Shown here: in pieces, positions 38,756 to 46,943 of the stretch | Position numbering within the stretch: the stretch's first letter is position 1 | Layout of the letters: each line of letters begins with the position of its first letter | Origin: Bacteroidales bacterium | GTDB taxonomy: Bacteria; Bacteroidota; Bacteroidia; Bacteroidales; VadinHA17 | Reading direction: 5' to 3' | Assembly (NCBI GenBank): GCA_007132995.1 | Contig: SLNP01000009.1 | Span: 1 to 63,200, forward strand | Length of the DNA: 63,200 nucleotides | Notes under the pieces: generated by a model | What the model was told of the DNA's origin: nothing | Seen by the model: only the letters and a program-made list of their open reading frames with translations | Databases searched by the model: none | Program-made: the position numbers and the translations under genes

Positions 38756-40112
38756 AGTACGACTTACCATCCTCTTTGCTCTCACCACAACAGCCATTCT
38801 GCTTGTTTTCGCCCTGCTAGTCTACCTCTCATCATCCAGAATACGGGAAGAGAAGTTTTACCGGATGCTAACCGAAGAGGCGATAATAAAAGCCACTCTT
38901 GTACTTGACACTGAGATCGGGCCTGAAGCACTACAGGACATATATCGCAGGAATATGGAGTTTATGAGAGAGGTTGAGGTGGCCCTCTATGATCGCGACT
39001 TCAATCTCCTTTATCACGATGCCATCGATATTGATCATGTTCAGGAGACCCCGGAGATGATCGAAGAGATTATCAAAAGGGGTGAAATAAGGTTTTATCA
39101 AAACTCATGGCAGGTTATTGGTGTCAGGTTTAAACATGGCGACACTTTTTACGCAGTAACGGCAGCCGCTTACGATGAGTCCGGATACAGGCAGATGAGA
39201 AGCCTGCTGAAGACAATTTTCATTGCACTTGCCGGGGGCCTGCTGCTCTCTGTTGCCGCAGGCTCTCTCTTTACCAAAAAGGCATTTGAGCCGATAAAGG
39301 AGATTACCAACCGTATTGAAGAGATAACGGTAACCAATCTCGACCTGCGCCTCAGAACGGGCAGCAGCTATGACGAGCTGCATGAGCTGTCATCGACCAT
39401 CAACGAGGTTCTCAACAGGCTTGAGAACTCATTCGAATCCCAGAAAAGCTTTATACACAACATAAGCCATGAGATAAGAACCCCGCTGTCGGCATTGACA
39501 ACTGAGCTAGAGCTCTCTTTGACAAGAGAGCGAACTTCGCAGGAGTACCGGCAGGTTATTGAGAGGGCCCTCTCAGATGCAAAACGGATGAACCGGCTCT
39601 CTAACAGCCTGCTCGATCTGGCAAAGGCAAGTTACGACCCTTCGAAGATCAACTACAGACCGATTCGTATTGATGAACTGTTGCTCGATTCGCGAAAACA
39701 TCTGCAGGGCAGCAATAGCGACTATGCCATAGATATTGATTTTGAGGGGAGGTCGGAAACTGACGCGGAGATCACTGTAAATGGCAATGAATACCTCATT
39801 AAAACTGCCTTTATTAACCTCTTCGACAACGGGTGCAAATTCTCAGATGATAAGACATGCAGGCTTAAGATATCGTTCACCAACAGGAATATAGTTCTTG
39901 CATTCACCGACAACGGCATAGGTATACCCGAAGAGGAGATACCCCATATTTTCACCCCCTTCTTCAGAGGAAATAACAGCGGTGGCATTGAGGGTGACGG
40001 TATAGGGTTATCTCTTACAAAAAAAATTATTGAACTTCACGGAGGAACCATAAATGTGCTCTCTGAACCAGACAGAGGAACCCGCTTAGTTGTAACCCTT
40101 CCCCATCTTTAA
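38745..40112 (+). CDS. HAMP-containing sensor histidine kinase
   Basis: Two TM segments, HAMP, SHEIRTP, NLFDNGCKF, DNGIGI, GDGIGL. Confidence 0.95.
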   Translation: MKIRVRLTILFALTTTAILLVFALLVYLSSSRIREEKFYRMLTEEAIIKATLVLDTEIGPEALQDIYRRNMEFMREVEVALYDRDFNLLYHDAIDIDHVQETPEMIEEIIKRGEIRFYQNSWQVIGVRFKHGDTFYAVTAAAYDESGYRQMRSLLKTIFIALAGGLLLSVAAGSLFTKKAFEPIKEITNRIEEITVTNLDLRLRTGSSYDELHELSSTINEVLNRLENSFESQKSFIHNISHEIRTPLSALTTELELSLTRERTSQEYRQVIERALSDAKRMNRLSNSLLDLAKASYDPSKINYRPIRIDELLLDSRKHLQGSNSDYAIDIDFEGRSETDAEITVNGNEYLIKTAFINLFDNGCKFSDDKTCRLKISFTNRNIVLAFTDNGIGIPEEEIPHIFTPFFRGNNSGGIEGDGIGLSLTKKIIELHGGTINVLSEPDRGTRLVVTLPHL

Positions 40113-40276
40113 GTCGCCGAGAGGCAGCAGCACAAATCAAAGTGAAATAAGACCCGGCCTGTTGTAACCCTTCCCTATCTTCTACCCATACCGCCCCCCA
40201 ACAGGTGGGCACATTTAAAGGGAGGGCAGAACTGAACCATTCAGAGGATTGCAGGAGATTAACAACGAAGCTCCGT

Positions 40277-40307
40277 AATTCTAATGAAATTCTAATAATA
40301 ATCTATT
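40277..40307 (+). promoter_or_regulatory. Candidate OmpR-family direct-repeat operator
   Basis: AATTCTAAT at 40277 and 40288 (11-bp period) plus a degenerate third copy, upstream of mgtE. Confidence 0.45.
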
Positions 40308-40403
40308 GGTTCTATAATGGGTGACAAACTCTTTGCTCACTATTTTTGCACCCGCCTTTTCAGGCACTGAAGATGCAGGAGGACAATCACTGGAGGAGAT
40401 GAT

Positions 40404-41780
40404 ATGGAGACACATGAGATGATTGAGAAGGTTGCCGGTTTCGAAGATATACAGGATGTAGTGGCCATGGTGCCTGCCATGCGAAAACTCCCTGTGGTAG
40501 AGGTTGGTGAAATTCTGGGCACACTCGATGAGACATGGCTGCCGGGGATACTGGAAAAATTCACTCCCGAACAGCAGGGTCTTATAGTTTCAGAGTTTCC
40601 GGTCGAAAAACAGATAGTTCTATTCCAGTCGGTAAGCAAGAAACGGTTTGCCCCCGTATTTATCAACATGCCATCGGAGCTGAGGGCAGACCTTTTCCAG
40701 AAGCTCACCAGGCAGGAACAGATTGCCATCTTGCCGTTCCTTCCAAAAGTGGTGAGGGAAGATGTCATTCATCTTGCAAGCTACCCCCCAGAAACCGCGG
40801 GTGGGATTATGAGCACCGATTTTGCCACAGTGCAGCGTGACATGACCTGTGCGGAAGCCCTCGACAAGGTTCGCTCCGACAACCCATCGAATAAGACAAT
40901 ATACTATATCTATGTGGTCGACGATGATCAGCTGCTTCAGGGTTTCATAACCCTCAAAGATCTGGTAATAGCGACCCCCGAAACCCCCGTACCAACAATT
41001 CTGCATGATGAGTTTGCATTTGCATATGCAGGTGAAGACCGTGAGGAGGTGGCAAAAAAGATAGAGAAGTACGACCTGGTGGCAATACCTGTTGTCAACA
41101 AACAGAATCAGCTTGTTGGTATTGTAACTCACGACGAGGCTATTGAGATTATCAGGGCCGAGCATACCGAAGACCTTGAGAAATTCATGGGTATGGTCCC
41201 TGCCAAAGAGGTGATGAACTATGAGCGCACAACTGTATGGAGACATTTTCGCAAGCGCGTTGTATGGACCTCTTCGCTTGCTGTTGTGGGGCTGATATCG
41301 GGTATCATAATACACAGCTATGAGGAGGCTCTCTCGTCGCTTATTATACTTGCCCTCTATATGCCCATGCTTGCCGATACCGGAGGCAACACCGGCAGTC
41401 AGGCAGCGACCGTAATAGTAAGGGCTCTGGCACTTGGTCAGGTCTCTCTCAAAAATTGGTTTGCGATTCTGTTCAAGGAGGCCAGAATATCTATTCTGAT
41501 GGCTGCCGCCCTGGGGCTCATCGCTTTCGGTAAAATACTGTTCCTCTCATGGGAGACAGATGTTCCCGAAGGCTACACCCTCCTATTCCTGGCAACAGGC
41601 ATTTCGCTGGCGTTGAGCATTCAGGTTGTATCATCTACAATAATAGGCGCAGGTCTGCCAATGCTGGTTAAAAGGCTTGGCGGCGACCCTGCGGTAGCTG
41701 CCAGCCCGGCTATTACAACAGTGGTTGATATTACCGGTCTGCTGATCTATTTCGGAATGGCCACAATGCTTTTCTTCTGA
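40404..41780 (+). CDS. mgtE: Magnesium transporter MgtE
   Basis: TAGGIM, CBS pair, TGGNTGSQ, DPAVAASPAITTVVD. Confidence 0.95.
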   Translation: METHEMIEKVAGFEDIQDVVAMVPAMRKLPVVEVGEILGTLDETWLPGILEKFTPEQQGLIVSEFPVEKQIVLFQSVSKKRFAPVFINMPSELRADLFQKLTRQEQIAILPFLPKVVREDVIHLASYPPETAGGIMSTDFATVQRDMTCAEALDKVRSDNPSNKTIYYIYVVDDDQLLQGFITLKDLVIATPETPVPTILHDEFAFAYAGEDREEVAKKIEKYDLVAIPVVNKQNQLVGIVTHDEAIEIIRAEHTEDLEKFMGMVPAKEVMNYERTTVWRHFRKRVVWTSSLAVVGLISGIIIHSYEEALSSLIILALYMPMLADTGGNTGSQAATVIVRALALGQVSLKNWFAILFKEARISILMAAALGLIAFGKILFLSWETDVPEGYTLLFLATGISLALSIQVVSSTIIGAGLPMLVKRLGGDPAVAASPAITTVVDITGLLIYFGMATMLFF

Positions 41781-41931
41781 TCTGTCTTATGTGGGCCGGG
41801 AGGCCGGAATGAGAGCAGCCACCCGGGCGGTAGCCAATACTGGTTATATACGGTTTGGGCCTGCTTTTTTCCGGACAGAGCCATCCGGTCAGGCTCTTGC
41901 GGTAAAACTGTTTGTCAGGCGGCGGGGAGTA

Positions 41932-42537
41932 TCAGAGGCTCTCTGACAGGGCTATGTGACAACCCGCCTCTGCCAGATTTCGTCTCACCTCATCGAAGGC
42001 ACTCCTCTCGATTGGCCGGGTGGCATCTTCCAGCAGCACGGCTTTAAAACCTTCACTCAGGGCATCCTCTATGGTGTAGCGCACGCAATAATCAGCTGCA
42101 AGACCACAAAACCAAAGCTCCTCAGCCCCTCTCTCACGCAGATAGCCCGCCAGTCCGGTACTCTTCCTGCGACCGTTATCGTAAAACCCGCTATAGCTGT
42201 CAATATCGATCTCAACGCCCTTCCTGAATATTGCCTCTATTCTGCCGGTTGACAGATCATTATGAAAAGTGGCACCATCACTGCCTATTACGCAATGGTC
42301 GGGCCAAAGCACCTGCTCAAGGCCTTGCCATTCGATAGTCTCAAAAGCCTTTTTTGCCTGATGCGACGAGGCAAAACTCATGTGGTTGGCCGGATGCCAG
42401 TCCTGGGTAGCCACAACAAGGTCAAACCTGTCTATAATACCGTTAATAACCGGCACTATACTATCACCGCCGGGCACCGCGAGAGCTCCTCCCGGCATAA
42501 AGTCATTCTGCAGATCAACAATTACCAGTGTCTTCAT
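41932..42537 (-). CDS. pncA: Nicotinamidase/pyrazinamidase
   Basis: DLQNDF, QDWHP, WPDHC, DSYSGF, GLAADYCV. Confidence 0.95.
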   Translation of the reverse strand: MKTLVIVDLQNDFMPGGALAVPGGDSIVPVINGIIDRFDLVVATQDWHPANHMSFASSHQAKKAFETIEWQGLEQVLWPDHCVIGSDGATFHNDLSTGRIEAIFRKGVEIDIDSYSGFYDNGRRKSTGLAGYLRERGAEELWFCGLAADYCVRYTIEDALSEGFKAVLLEDATRPIERSAFDEVRRNLAEAGCHIALSESL

Positions 42538-43940
42538 CTCTCTCTCCTCTCTTTTTGTACCATCTCCCGTTCGCCCTTCAGCCTGGCGGTAATACCCACC
42601 TTGTACTTGTGGGGGTTACTGAATCTCTTGTACTCCGGTGGCAGATCTCTGATTCTGGTGGCACAGTACTCTGCCAGTTGTCGCAGATCATCCCCCTGCC
42701 CGGTGCGTACACCGTCTCTCATTACGGCCTTCAGAAGGGGCTCGCGGGTGCATTGGGCAACGCTCATGGATTTGGCGATATCGTAGGGGTCATATACCAT
42801 ATCTATATCACTCTCAGCCTCAATCGCCATAACATCTATGCCGCGCCACTCACCGCTGCCATAAGTTATTCTGTAAACCTGCTTGGCGCAGGGAATAGTT
42901 ATCTTCTCAATATTCTCCGTAAGCTTCATGCGAGGTTTACCTCCTGATACGGCCATCTTATAGACGCCATCGAAGGCGGCATCGGGGCTGCCCGTAACAA
43001 CACTGGTGCCGACACCAAAAATATCGATAGGAGCCCCCTGCTCCCTGAGACTCTTTACAATATATTCGTCAAGCTGGTTAGAGACAGCGATCTTTACCTG
43101 GTCAAGACCGGCATCATCAAGAGCCCTGCGGCTCTCTTTGGCCAGATACGCGAGATCGCCGCTGTCAAGCCTTATGCCTGCGAGGCTCTCTCCCCGCTCT
43201 CTCATCTCGAGGCCTACCTTTACAGCATTGGGAATACCGCTTCTGAGGGTGTCGTAGGTATCAACCAGCAGTACGGTGCTGTCGCCGTGCGTTGCCGCAT
43301 AATCTCTGAAGGCGGTAAGCTCATCGTCATAACCCTGAATAAAGCTGTGCGCCATGGTGCCCGATACCGGAATGCCAAAATCGATGGCAGCACGCACATT
43401 GCTTGTCGCATCAAACCCTCCTATTAAGGCTGCCCTTGAGGCATAATAGCCTGCCGGCCCGGGGGCGCGGCGCAGCCCAAAATCAACCAGCCGGCAATCT
43501 CCTGCGCTCTGCCTGATTCTGGATGCCTTGGTGGCAATTAACGACTGATAGTTTACAATATTAAGCAGTAGTGTCTCAATAATCTGAGTCTCTGCCAAAG
43601 TGCCTTCAACACGCATAACCGGTGCGGAAGGGAATACCACCTCTCCCTCGTGGCAACTGTAAATGGTTCCACCGAAACTAAAATCAGCCAGATAGTTAAG
43701 AAACTTCTGGTCAAACCCCTGCTTTTTCAGGAAACTGAGCTCATCAGCCCTGAAGCGCAGACCTTCAATAGCCTGAAGCGCTGTCGCGAGGCCGGCAAAA
43801 ACGGCATAACCACCTGCGAAGGGAAGTTTGCGGAAGAAGTAGTCGAACAGAGCCCTCTCGCTGGCATCCCTTTTCAGATACAGGGTTTGTGACATGGTAA
43901 GCTGATAGAGATCGGTATATGTGCCGCTATAATCGATCAT
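42534..43940 (-). CDS. pncB: Nicotinate phosphoribosyltransferase
   Basis: TDLYQLTM, DFGLRR, GTMAHS, LVDTYD, RLDSGD. Confidence 0.95.
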   Translation of the reverse strand: MIDYSGTYTDLYQLTMSQTLYLKRDASERALFDYFFRKLPFAGGYAVFAGLATALQAIEGLRFRADELSFLKKQGFDQKFLNYLADFSFGGTIYSCHEGEVVFPSAPVMRVEGTLAETQIIETLLLNIVNYQSLIATKASRIRQSAGDCRLVDFGLRRAPGPAGYYASRAALIGGFDATSNVRAAIDFGIPVSGTMAHSFIQGYDDELTAFRDYAATHGDSTVLLVDTYDTLRSGIPNAVKVGLEMRERGESLAGIRLDSGDLAYLAKESRRALDDAGLDQVKIAVSNQLDEYIVKSLREQGAPIDIFGVGTSVVTGSPDAAFDGVYKMAVSGGKPRMKLTENIEKITIPCAKQVYRITYGSGEWRGIDVMAIEAESDIDMVYDPYDIAKSMSVAQCTREPLLKAVMRDGVRTGQGDDLRQLAEYCATRIRDLPPEYKRFSNPHKYKVGITARLKGEREMVQKERRER

Positions 43941-44461
43941 AACATATCGCTGAAAGCCTCTTGAAATACCTTAAGGTCATCGGGCGAAAATAGTACCATC
44001 CGTACCAGCCTGACATGTCTTAGACGGGGTATGATTTCCGCTATGGCACCTGCAGCAACTGTAGCAGCCGGGCCCATCGGATAACCAAATATTCCTGTTG
44101 AGATGGCGGGGAAAGCCACAGACCTGCATCTTTTCTCATCTGCCAGCAGCAGTGAGTTTTTGTAGCAGTTGGCAAGAAGGCGTTCTGAAGGCAGATCGCG
44201 TTCATATACCGGCCCCAGTGTGTGAATAACAAAGTTGTTGAGCAGATTATGGCCACCGGTAATGACTGCCTCGCCGGGCTTAATGGGGGCTTTAGCGCTG
44301 CACTCCTCAGCCAGTCCGGGGCCGGCGGCGCGGTGAATGGCACCTGCCACACCTCCACCTGGCAGCAGTCGTGCGTTGGCGGCATTTACAACCGCATCTA
44401 TTCCAGGCTGATCGGTAATATCACCTGTAATGCATTCGATTGTGACGCTCTTTTTTCCCAT
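43937..44461 (-). CDS. Macro domain protein (YmdB/MacroD-like ADP-ribose hydrolase)
   Basis: GDIT, VNAAN, GGGVAGAIH, HTLGP, FPAISTGIFGY; start moved to ATG 44461. Confidence 0.92.
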   Translation of the reverse strand: MGKKSVTIECITGDITDQPGIDAVVNAANARLLPGGGVAGAIHRAAGPGLAEECSAKAPIKPGEAVITGGHNLLNNFVIHTLGPVYERDLPSERLLANCYKNSLLLADEKRCRSVAFPAISTGIFGYPMGPAATVAAGAIAEIIPRLRHVRLVRMVLFSPDDLKVFQEAFSDML

Positions 44462-44523
44462 CGCATAAAGATAAATGTAGTGGTCTGAGCGCAATTTAAG
44501 CTAAAATGAGCGGAATACAAAAG

Positions 44524-44545
44524 GGTGCGAGCGTAAGCGAGCACC
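44524..44545 (+). repeat. Single GCGAGC hairpin module
   Basis: GGT-GCGAGC-GTAA-GCGAGC-ACC. Confidence 0.65.
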
Positions 44546-44551
44546 TACCCA

Positions 44552-45610
44552 TTAATACCTCCTCCTGTTGGCAAAAGCCACCAGCGAAAGCATAACGGGA
44601 ACCTCAACCAGAACGCCAACGACCGTTACCAATGCAGCGGGTGACTGCAGCCCGAAGAGCGCAATGGCCACCGCCACGGCAAGCTCAAAGAAATTACTGG
44701 CACCGATCATAGCCGCAGGTGCGCAGACGGCATGACTCAGTTTCAGCTTCCTGCCTCCGTACCATGCCACGAAAAAGATAAAATAGGTCTGTATTACCAG
44801 CGGAACCGCAGCAAGAACTATTATAAGCGGGTTATTAATGATATTCTGTCCCTGAAAAGCAAAGAGCAGCACCAGTGTCACCAGAAGCGCAACTATACTT
44901 ACTGGCTTCAGGCGAGGCAGAAAGACTCCCTTAAACCACTCTATCCCCCTCCTGCGCAACAGAATACGCTGGGTAATTACCCCCGCAACCAGGGGCACCA
45001 CAACAAAAATCACCACACTGGCCACAAGGGTATCATAAGGTATAGTTACATCGGTAATACCAAGCAGCAGGCCCACTATGGGCACAAACGCTACCAGTAT
45101 AATAAGGTCATTCACTGATACCTGCACCAAGGTATAATTGGGGTCTCCATTTGTGAGGTACGACCAGACAAAAACCATGGCAGTACAGGGGGCAGCCCCT
45201 AGTATTATAGCACCTGCAATATACTCACCGGCCATCGACGGATCGATCCATGCAGAGTAGATCTTCGAAAAGAAGATCCAGGCGAAAAAGGCCATCGTGA
45301 AAGGCTTTACCGCCCAGTTTATAATAAGCGTCCATACTACCCCCCGGGGTCTCTTGCTAATCTGCCTTATGCTCCCAAAATCGACCTGCAGCATCATTGG
45401 ATATATCATAAGCCAGATCAGTATTGCAACCGGTATGTTGACACGCGCAATCTCCCACCGGCTTATCACCTCAATACCATCACCGAAAACAAGGCCCAGA
45501 ATAACCCCGGCAATAATGCCAAGGGCAACCCAGACCGTCAGGTACTTCTCAAAAAGTCCGATCTTCTTTGCCGAAGCAGGCTCACCACCTTTTTGCACTC
45601 TCTCAGTCAT
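44552..45610 (-). CDS. acr3: ACR3-family arsenite efflux transporter
   Basis: MIYPMM, NWAVKPF, APCTAMVFVW, SNFFELA, GVLVEVP. Confidence 0.96.
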   Translation of the reverse strand: MTERVQKGGEPASAKKIGLFEKYLTVWVALGIIAGVILGLVFGDGIEVISRWEIARVNIPVAILIWLMIYPMMLQVDFGSIRQISKRPRGVVWTLIINWAVKPFTMAFFAWIFFSKIYSAWIDPSMAGEYIAGAIILGAAPCTAMVFVWSYLTNGDPNYTLVQVSVNDLIILVAFVPIVGLLLGITDVTIPYDTLVASVVIFVVVPLVAGVITQRILLRRRGIEWFKGVFLPRLKPVSIVALLVTLVLLFAFQGQNIINNPLIIVLAAVPLVIQTYFIFFVAWYGGRKLKLSHAVCAPAAMIGASNFFELAVAVAIALFGLQSPAALVTVVGVLVEVPVMLSLVAFANRRRY

Positions 45611-45699
45611 CTCTTCCTTGTTTTTGTGTTAATATTCATCGCTTACTCTTGCTACTATCCTGCCGCTATACTGAACCGCGGTCCGTTTTTAGCCCTATT

Positions 45700-45782
45700 C
45701 TGCGAGCTGCGTCAGCAGCGAGCCCACGCCATATGCCTGCGAGCGTTAGCGAGCAGAGGCGGCGCCAGCCCGCTCCCATGCG
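45700..45782. repeat. Modular intergenic repeat (same family as 21264-21462)
   Basis: GCGAGCTGCGTCAGCAGCGAGC, TGCGAGCGTTAGCGAGCA and GAGGCGGCGCCAGCC modules. Confidence 0.8.
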
Positions 45783-46205
45783 CTACTGTGCCCTAATCTC
45801 ATCACTATAAAGCCGCCAGAATGCCTCCCTGATCTCATCCCGCACCCTTATAAACTCACTCCATATAAACTCCTCCGTTCCAATGACATGTGACGGATCA
45901 TCAAAGCCTATGTGAAGCCTCTTCTTTACCTTACCCATAAACACCGGGCAATTTTCGTTCGCGCCACCACAGACTGTTATCACATAATCCCACTCCTCAT
46001 CAAGGTATTTCTCTACCCCATCGGAGGTGTGATGACTGATATCAATACCCACATCTTTCATCGCCTCAACAGCCTTCCTATTAAGCTGCCCGGAAGCCTC
46101 AGTGCCGGCCGACCTCACGGTGAGACTCTTATCGAACGACTGCAAAAAGCCGTGAGCCATCTGACTACGGCAGGAGTTACCAGTGCATAATATAAGTACT
46201 TTCAT
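45783..46205 (-). CDS. arsC: Thioredoxin-dependent arsenate reductase (LMWP family)
   Basis: CTGNSCRS, TVC...NCP, FDDP. Confidence 0.95.
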   Translation of the reverse strand: MKVLILCTGNSCRSQMAHGFLQSFDKSLTVRSAGTEASGQLNRKAVEAMKDVGIDISHHTSDGVEKYLDEEWDYVITVCGGANENCPVFMGKVKKRLHIGFDDPSHVIGTEEFIWSEFIRVRDEIREAFWRLYSDEIRAQ

Positions 46206-46223
46206 CTCTCTCTATGTTATGCT

Positions 46224-46595
46224 TTAACAATACGCCTCTTCTGTATCAATGCGCGAAAGTAGCTCTTCAGAAGCTACTTTTAATGCTTTAATACCCGATG
46301 GGCTGAGACAGTAGTTCTTCCTCACACCCTCAACCGTACCTTTTATCAGCCCGGCACCACGCAGTTCTTTAAGGTGCTGACCAACAGTGGTACGACTTAG
46401 CGGAAGCTCACCGGCAACATCACCGGTCATACAGCTCTCCATCTCCGACAGATGGTACAAAATGGCAAGCCGGGCCGGATGTGCAAGCGCCTTGAAAAGG
46501 CTTGCCTGTCTGTACAGTCTATCGCTGAATCCGGCTTTCAATTCTTCCCCAACAAGGGTATCGCCGCTACTCTTAATTCTGCTCATAAGAATCAT
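46224..46595 (-). CDS. arsR: ArsR/SmtB family regulator
   Basis: FKALAHPARL, LSRTTVGQHLKEL; first gene of the ars operon; exact start uncertain. Confidence 0.9.
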   Translation of the reverse strand: MILMSRIKSSGDTLVGEELKAGFSDRLYRQASLFKALAHPARLAILYHLSEMESCMTGDVAGELPLSRTTVGQHLKELRGAGLIKGTVEGVRKNYCLSPSGIKALKVASEELLSRIDTEEAYC

Positions 46596-46614
46596 TTTTT
46601 TTGAGTGCACTGAT

Positions 46615-46666
46615 ATTATGACGCAAATTTACGACATATGTTCAATTATGACGCAAATTTACGACA
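46615..46666 (-). promoter_or_regulatory. Duplicated operator/promoter of the ars operon
   Basis: ATTATGACGCAAATTTACGACA at 46615-46636 and 46645-46666; imperfect palindrome; reads TAAATTTG on the minus strand. Confidence 0.65.
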
Positions 46667-46943
46667 CTTTTTTACCAAAACAGAGTAGCTGACCGAACAC
46701 CGGGCAGGCGCACAGATTTGCAAAGAGAGGAGTTCATCCTCTTTTCCGGCTTGCATATAACCACATTGAACAGGCTAAAACCGCCATCCGGAGGGAAAAA
46801 AGGGGCACCCATAAAGATACTCTTCAATCTGGCAGAGGCTATCTGCTACTTTTGCAACCTGAAAGCTACCCTGACAACATGGCTGAGGCGACCTGCCGCC
46901 CCACAGACCGGGTGGCAAACAGTAAACAGATAAAAATGAGAAT

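Noticed and set aside
41932-44461. Phage-type NAD reconstitution (NARP) system
   Set aside because: The enzymes are ordinary PncA, PncB and a macrodomain in a chromosomal context, with no phage genes nearby.
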